Shown here: positions 60,672-64,000 of the stretch, in pieces
How positions within the stretch are numbered: position 1 is the first letter of the stretch
How the letters are laid out: every line of letters begins with the position of its first letter
NCBI GenBank assembly: GCA_963780185.1
Contig: CAWABA010000011.1
Coordinates: forward strand, 64,001 to 128,000
Origin: Candidatus Bathyarchaeota archaeon
GTDB taxonomy: Archaea > Thermoproteota > Bathyarchaeia > Bathyarchaeales > Bathycorpusculaceae
Length of the DNA: 64,000 nucleotides
Direction: 5' to 3'
The notes under the pieces: model-generated
The model's input: only the letters and a program-made list of their open reading frames with translations
The model's database searches: none
Told to the model about the DNA's origin: nothing
Program-made: the position numbers and the translations under genes

Positions 60672-61223
60672 CTACGTATGCACATTTTTGACGGTTCTAC
60701 GTGGCTTTCTCTTTAGTTGTGTGCCGCAGACAAGGCACTCTTTGGACGCGCAGTTAGCAGGATACTCTTTGTGGCAGGCTGGGCAGTACCTTATCCACTC
60801 TAAGAGCCGTTTGATGCCGAAAGTTGCCAACGCCAAAAATTCAACCCCCATCTTAGTCGCCACATTCTGGATTGAATAGTCGTCGGTTACTATTTGAGGC
60901 GCGTAGCCTTCCGCTTTCAACTCCAACGCCAAAGCCAAAAGCTGAGTGTCCGCCTTCGACAGCAGGTATGAGTCGCCGAGTTTGCTTGCAAAAACTTTGG
61001 CGCCATCCAAAAACTCTTGGCGGGGCTCTCTAACCTTGATTTTTCCGCTTTCGATGGCTGTCCTAAACCGTGTGACTATGATGGAGTTCCTTATTATTTC
61101 CTCTTCTACGCTGGGAACGGTTACTTGTTCTTCGCTCAACGAGAAGGGGTCAAAACCTGCCAGAAAAGCAGAGGTGTCCAGAACTACGATTTTTCTGCAT
61201 GGGCTTTCTTTTTGGGTTTTCAT
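60672..61223 (-). CDS. nob1: Nob1 endonuclease (PIN + zinc ribbon)
   Basis: VLDTSAF, LSKAD, TDDYSIQNVA, CPAC...CLVCG. Confidence 0.92.
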   Translation of the reverse strand: MKTQKESPCRKIVVLDTSAFLAGFDPFSLSEEQVTVPSVEEEIIRNSIIVTRFRTAIESGKIKVREPRQEFLDGAKVFASKLGDSYLLSKADTQLLALALELKAEGYAPQIVTDDYSIQNVATKMGVEFLALATFGIKRLLEWIRYCPACHKEYPANCASKECLVCGTQLKRKPRRTVKNVHT

Positions 61224-62071
61224 TGTGTTCCCTTGAAAAGTAGCCGATTTCTCAGTCGATCGTAAAAGTCTCCTTCAAGCCTGATAAACGATGTTTCGTT
61301 TTTTGACACGGTGACTTTAAGCATCGGCTCGGCGTCGCTTACGATTTTACGGTATTTTCCGTCAATCGAAACCAAAACTTGCTTTGGGCTGAAGACGTTG
61401 AATGTGATGGTTGAGTCGGCGGGGAAAACAAGTGAAGGAAAAGCGGTTAACGCGCAGATTGGTGTGACAACAAAAGCATCTACCGTGGGGTCCAAAACGG
61501 GTCCTCCCGCGGAGAGAGAATAGCCCGTGGAGCCTGTGGGGGTCGCGACGATTAATCCGTCTGCTTGGCATTTAAGAATGGGTTTTCCATCCTTGCATAT
61601 CTGCGCCTTGAGGATGCTTGATGGTTCGCCAGCGGAAATAACCACGTCATTTAAGGCATCAGGGACGTGTTCGTTGCCTGCCGCAACAGACAGCTTTACA
61701 CACTTTTCTATTTTATATTCGCCTCTCAAAATTTTGTCTGCTGCTTCGCAGGCGTTTTTCGGTTCTACTTCAGTTAAGAATCCTCGCTCACCCATGTTAA
61801 CGGTTAAAATCGGCGGTTCAGGTTTTGGCACGGTCATGCAGGTTCGCAGGATCGTTCCGTCTCCGCCTATTGTTATTATGAAGTCAGTTTGCATTTTGGC
61901 AAGAGAAACCATCTCTGCCTGTGGCGCAGTGACCTTTCCTGCCAAGGTATCTTCCAGGTAAACTTTCAATCCTTTCTTTGCAAGATGCTCCGCCAACTCT
62001 TCAGTAAGCTTTAAGGCTGCCTTCTTATCGTAGCGGGCAACAAGTCCCACAGTTTTGAACAATAAATCCAC
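61220..62071 (-). CDS. nadK: NAD kinase
   Basis: GGDGT, ALND, DGLIVATPTGSTGYSLSAGGP. Confidence 0.95.
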   Translation of the reverse strand: MDLLFKTVGLVARYDKKAALKLTEELAEHLAKKGLKVYLEDTLAGKVTAPQAEMVSLAKMQTDFIITIGGDGTILRTCMTVPKPEPPILTVNMGERGFLTEVEPKNACEAADKILRGEYKIEKCVKLSVAAGNEHVPDALNDVVISAGEPSSILKAQICKDGKPILKCQADGLIVATPTGSTGYSLSAGGPVLDPTVDAFVVTPICALTAFPSLVFPADSTITFNVFSPKQVLVSIDGKYRKIVSDAEPMLKVTVSKNETSFIRLEGDFYDRLRNRLLFKGTQ

Positions 62072-62234
62072 GGCTCAGCTAAAATAGCGTCACCTCACTC
62101 TATATTAACCCTTTCAGTGCCCAAAACAAACTTTATCTTCCCGCATTTCCCTTTTGCCGCGGATATCTTTGAAGGCGTATTCATCACGTGCGAAGAGGTT
62201 CAATAAGGTTAACACGCAAGTCGACCCTAAAGCC

Positions 62235-62606
62235 TCACCAATCAGATTTTCTCTTCCAAACGTTCATCGTACATTGACCCCAACAGTAAGAACTTGCCTT
62301 AAACTGGCAGCCGTTGCATCCAATGCCCGTGAATTTCGGTACTGCTTCATGTTTGGAGTGGACTCGGACGAAAACCTTCTTCGGTTCAGGCGGAGTTGAA
62401 GCAGTTGCAGCGACTCCTTCCTTTTGATTCTTTATGCGTTGTGGACATTTCACGTATACAGCGGGATCAGAAAAGATAGAGTAAGCACAAGTCGAACCTG
62501 AACATTCACGAACACTTAATTCAAATTCGCCAAACCCAGTCTCGGCTTTAGCGTATTCACAACAGGGCGCCTTTCCCTCTTCTTTCTCGTCGTCAGCTTC
62601 GGTCAT
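62235..62606 (-). CDS. Cys-rich hypothetical protein
   Basis: 123 aa with two Cys clusters. Confidence 0.5.
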   Translation of the reverse strand: MTEADDEKEEGKAPCCEYAKAETGFGEFELSVRECSGSTCAYSIFSDPAVYVKCPQRIKNQKEGVAATASTPPEPKKVFVRVHSKHEAVPKFTGIGCNGCQFKASSYCWGQCTMNVWKRKSDW

Positions 62607-62733
62607 TTGTGTTATCCTTCAAATCAATGTTTTCTGCTAACTTTGTTAGTGAGACGCGACCTAAAGGCATTTGCGATGAATCCCTGATGAAGACCTCTCT
62701 TTGCCTTTTCTGGGCGACGATACGGTGTTCCTT

Positions 62734-63848
62734 TCAGGTTAAGATGCCTTTTCTCATGATTTCTGATGTTCCAGTCAGGTACGTAACGGTGATTGTTGGT
62801 TTGTCAATTAACATGTCTACGTGGCATCTGACGTTGCCTGGAGCCAGATGACAGGTGCCCAACAGTTTTTCATCTTCCAGCATGTTCCCCGTTACTCTTG
62901 CCTTTTCGTTCAAGCCTATCCCAACTTCCTCCAGAACCGTCGGCAAACCATATTTCTTCTCAGAAGCCAAAATGTCTTCCCGAACGCAGTCAAGCGCCCG
63001 ATCCTCGCATTGGAAATCCTTCAGGAAGCCATTTTCGAATTGAACCGTTATGGGTTTTTTAGGATTAATTTTTCCTTGGTAGCCGCCTACCGTAACGTCA
63101 CAGACCACTTTGCCATTTGCTTTCTGCTTCACAGGATAGTTCTGGGTCTCTTGCTTTCCGGTTTCCTTGTTCAATACTCTGATGATTTTCCCCTTCTGCG
63201 ACCACACTTCGCCCACGGGCAAGTTGCCAAATTTTCCGGGTTCACCGTAAACGTTGGGTGGAACAATCACGCAGTCCGTGTCAAACTTCACTTGCCGGGA
63301 GACCTCTACTTCTATGTCGGTTCCTCCATGCGCGGTTATGTGGATTTTCTTTATGTTTTGCAGTTTTCGAAGGATCTTATCTGAGTCTTCAGCCATTTTT
63401 CTGTAGTTGCATTGCAGAGGTCCATTTACCGCCATGTCTAACGTTATGCCTGGTGAATGAGCCCAGCTTATGGGAACCTGCTCAATGGTCTGATGAAGCA
63501 ACTCTATTCTTGCTCCGACTTCTTGCAGGTTCCAGTCTGGATTTTGGCTATAGTCAAAAAGACCTAACCCCGCTTTGGGGGTTCTATCCGAAGTAATGTG
63601 ATGAGTTCTTGCGGAAAATGCTGGTAGGGTTTGTTTGCTGTCAAGTCGAAGGTTCTAACGCTTAGTCCACAATTTTCCGCGGCTTTATGCGCGGCTTTTG
63701 CGAGCACTGGCGAGTTTCGGTTGACGATAAGGTAAGTGTCATGGGGTTTTAGTTTTTGGCAGTACTGCATGAATTCTTCAAACTTGCCGACAACTTTGTT
63801 GAGGTCTTCCGCATCTATTTTCTGCATGTTGTCATCCTTTGCTGGCAT
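62734..63848 (-). CDS. M29/leucyl aminopeptidase-like protein (split by frameshift(s) ~63500-63570)
   Basis: AHSPGIT, GTDI, GNLPVGEV, EVGIGLN, LEDEK.LGTCHLA. Confidence 0.8.
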
Positions 63849-64000
63849 AACAGGGTAATTGGCATCTCCGCAGATAAAATGTTCGCAGCATCTGAAGCGA
63901 AATAGCGTCTAAATTAGATGATGCGCCGCCCATGTAGAGGAAAAACGCAGTTGGGCGATTATTACTTTTTGGCGTTTGTGAACCACTGGCTTAGGTCGGA

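Noticed and set aside
237-63596. Numerous antisense and alternate-frame ORFs in the track (e.g. 46900-47505, 30350-30883, 62821-63384)
   Set aside because: They are shadows of well-supported genes on the opposite strand or frame and carry no motifs.
4298-63848. Frameshifts in rps27ae, island ATPase, rpl4, aclA, acn, pyrE, phoU, ArsR, DUF2070 and aminopeptidase as pseudogenes or programmed frameshifting
   Set aside because: They are single-base indels scattered through otherwise intact and even essential genes, with no shared slippery motif; sequencing error is the simplest explanation.

Overview
Archaeal chromosomal segment, most likely Bathyarchaeia (TACK): PolD subunits DP1 and DP2 co-occur with Elf1, Spt4, Cdc6 and GGGP synthase. 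The core content is two translation/transcription clusters (rps6e-aIF2gamma-rpo7-spt4-rps24e-rps27ae and rpl3-rpl4-rpl23-rpl2-rps19), an intron-containing tRNA-Ser(CGA), an aconitase-IDH-ATP citrate lyase operon, SerA, an AOR, AhcY, PyrE, NadE and Nob1. A replication origin (ORB boxes around an AT-rich core) lies upstream of cdc6. Three regions stand out. (1) A variable locus at 5.1-11.1 kb holds duplicated vapBC modules, a junction built from diverged copies of both flanking gene ends, and a tightly coupled wHTH / AAA+ ATPase / PIN / M.PvuII-like methyltransferase operon that looks like an undescribed defence system. (2) A ~3.2 kb integrase-less island at tRNA-Ser pairs a dCTP deaminase with a HEXXH metallopeptidase. 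(3) Next to oriC, three HTH genes, one apparently membrane-anchored with a coiled coil, sit among dense and partly 11-bp-phased GTGAY arrays, suggesting an origin-tethering or segregation module. Many single-base frameshifts, including in essential genes such as rpl4, point to long-read assembly errors rather than pseudogenes. All family assignments come from motif recognition; no searches were run.
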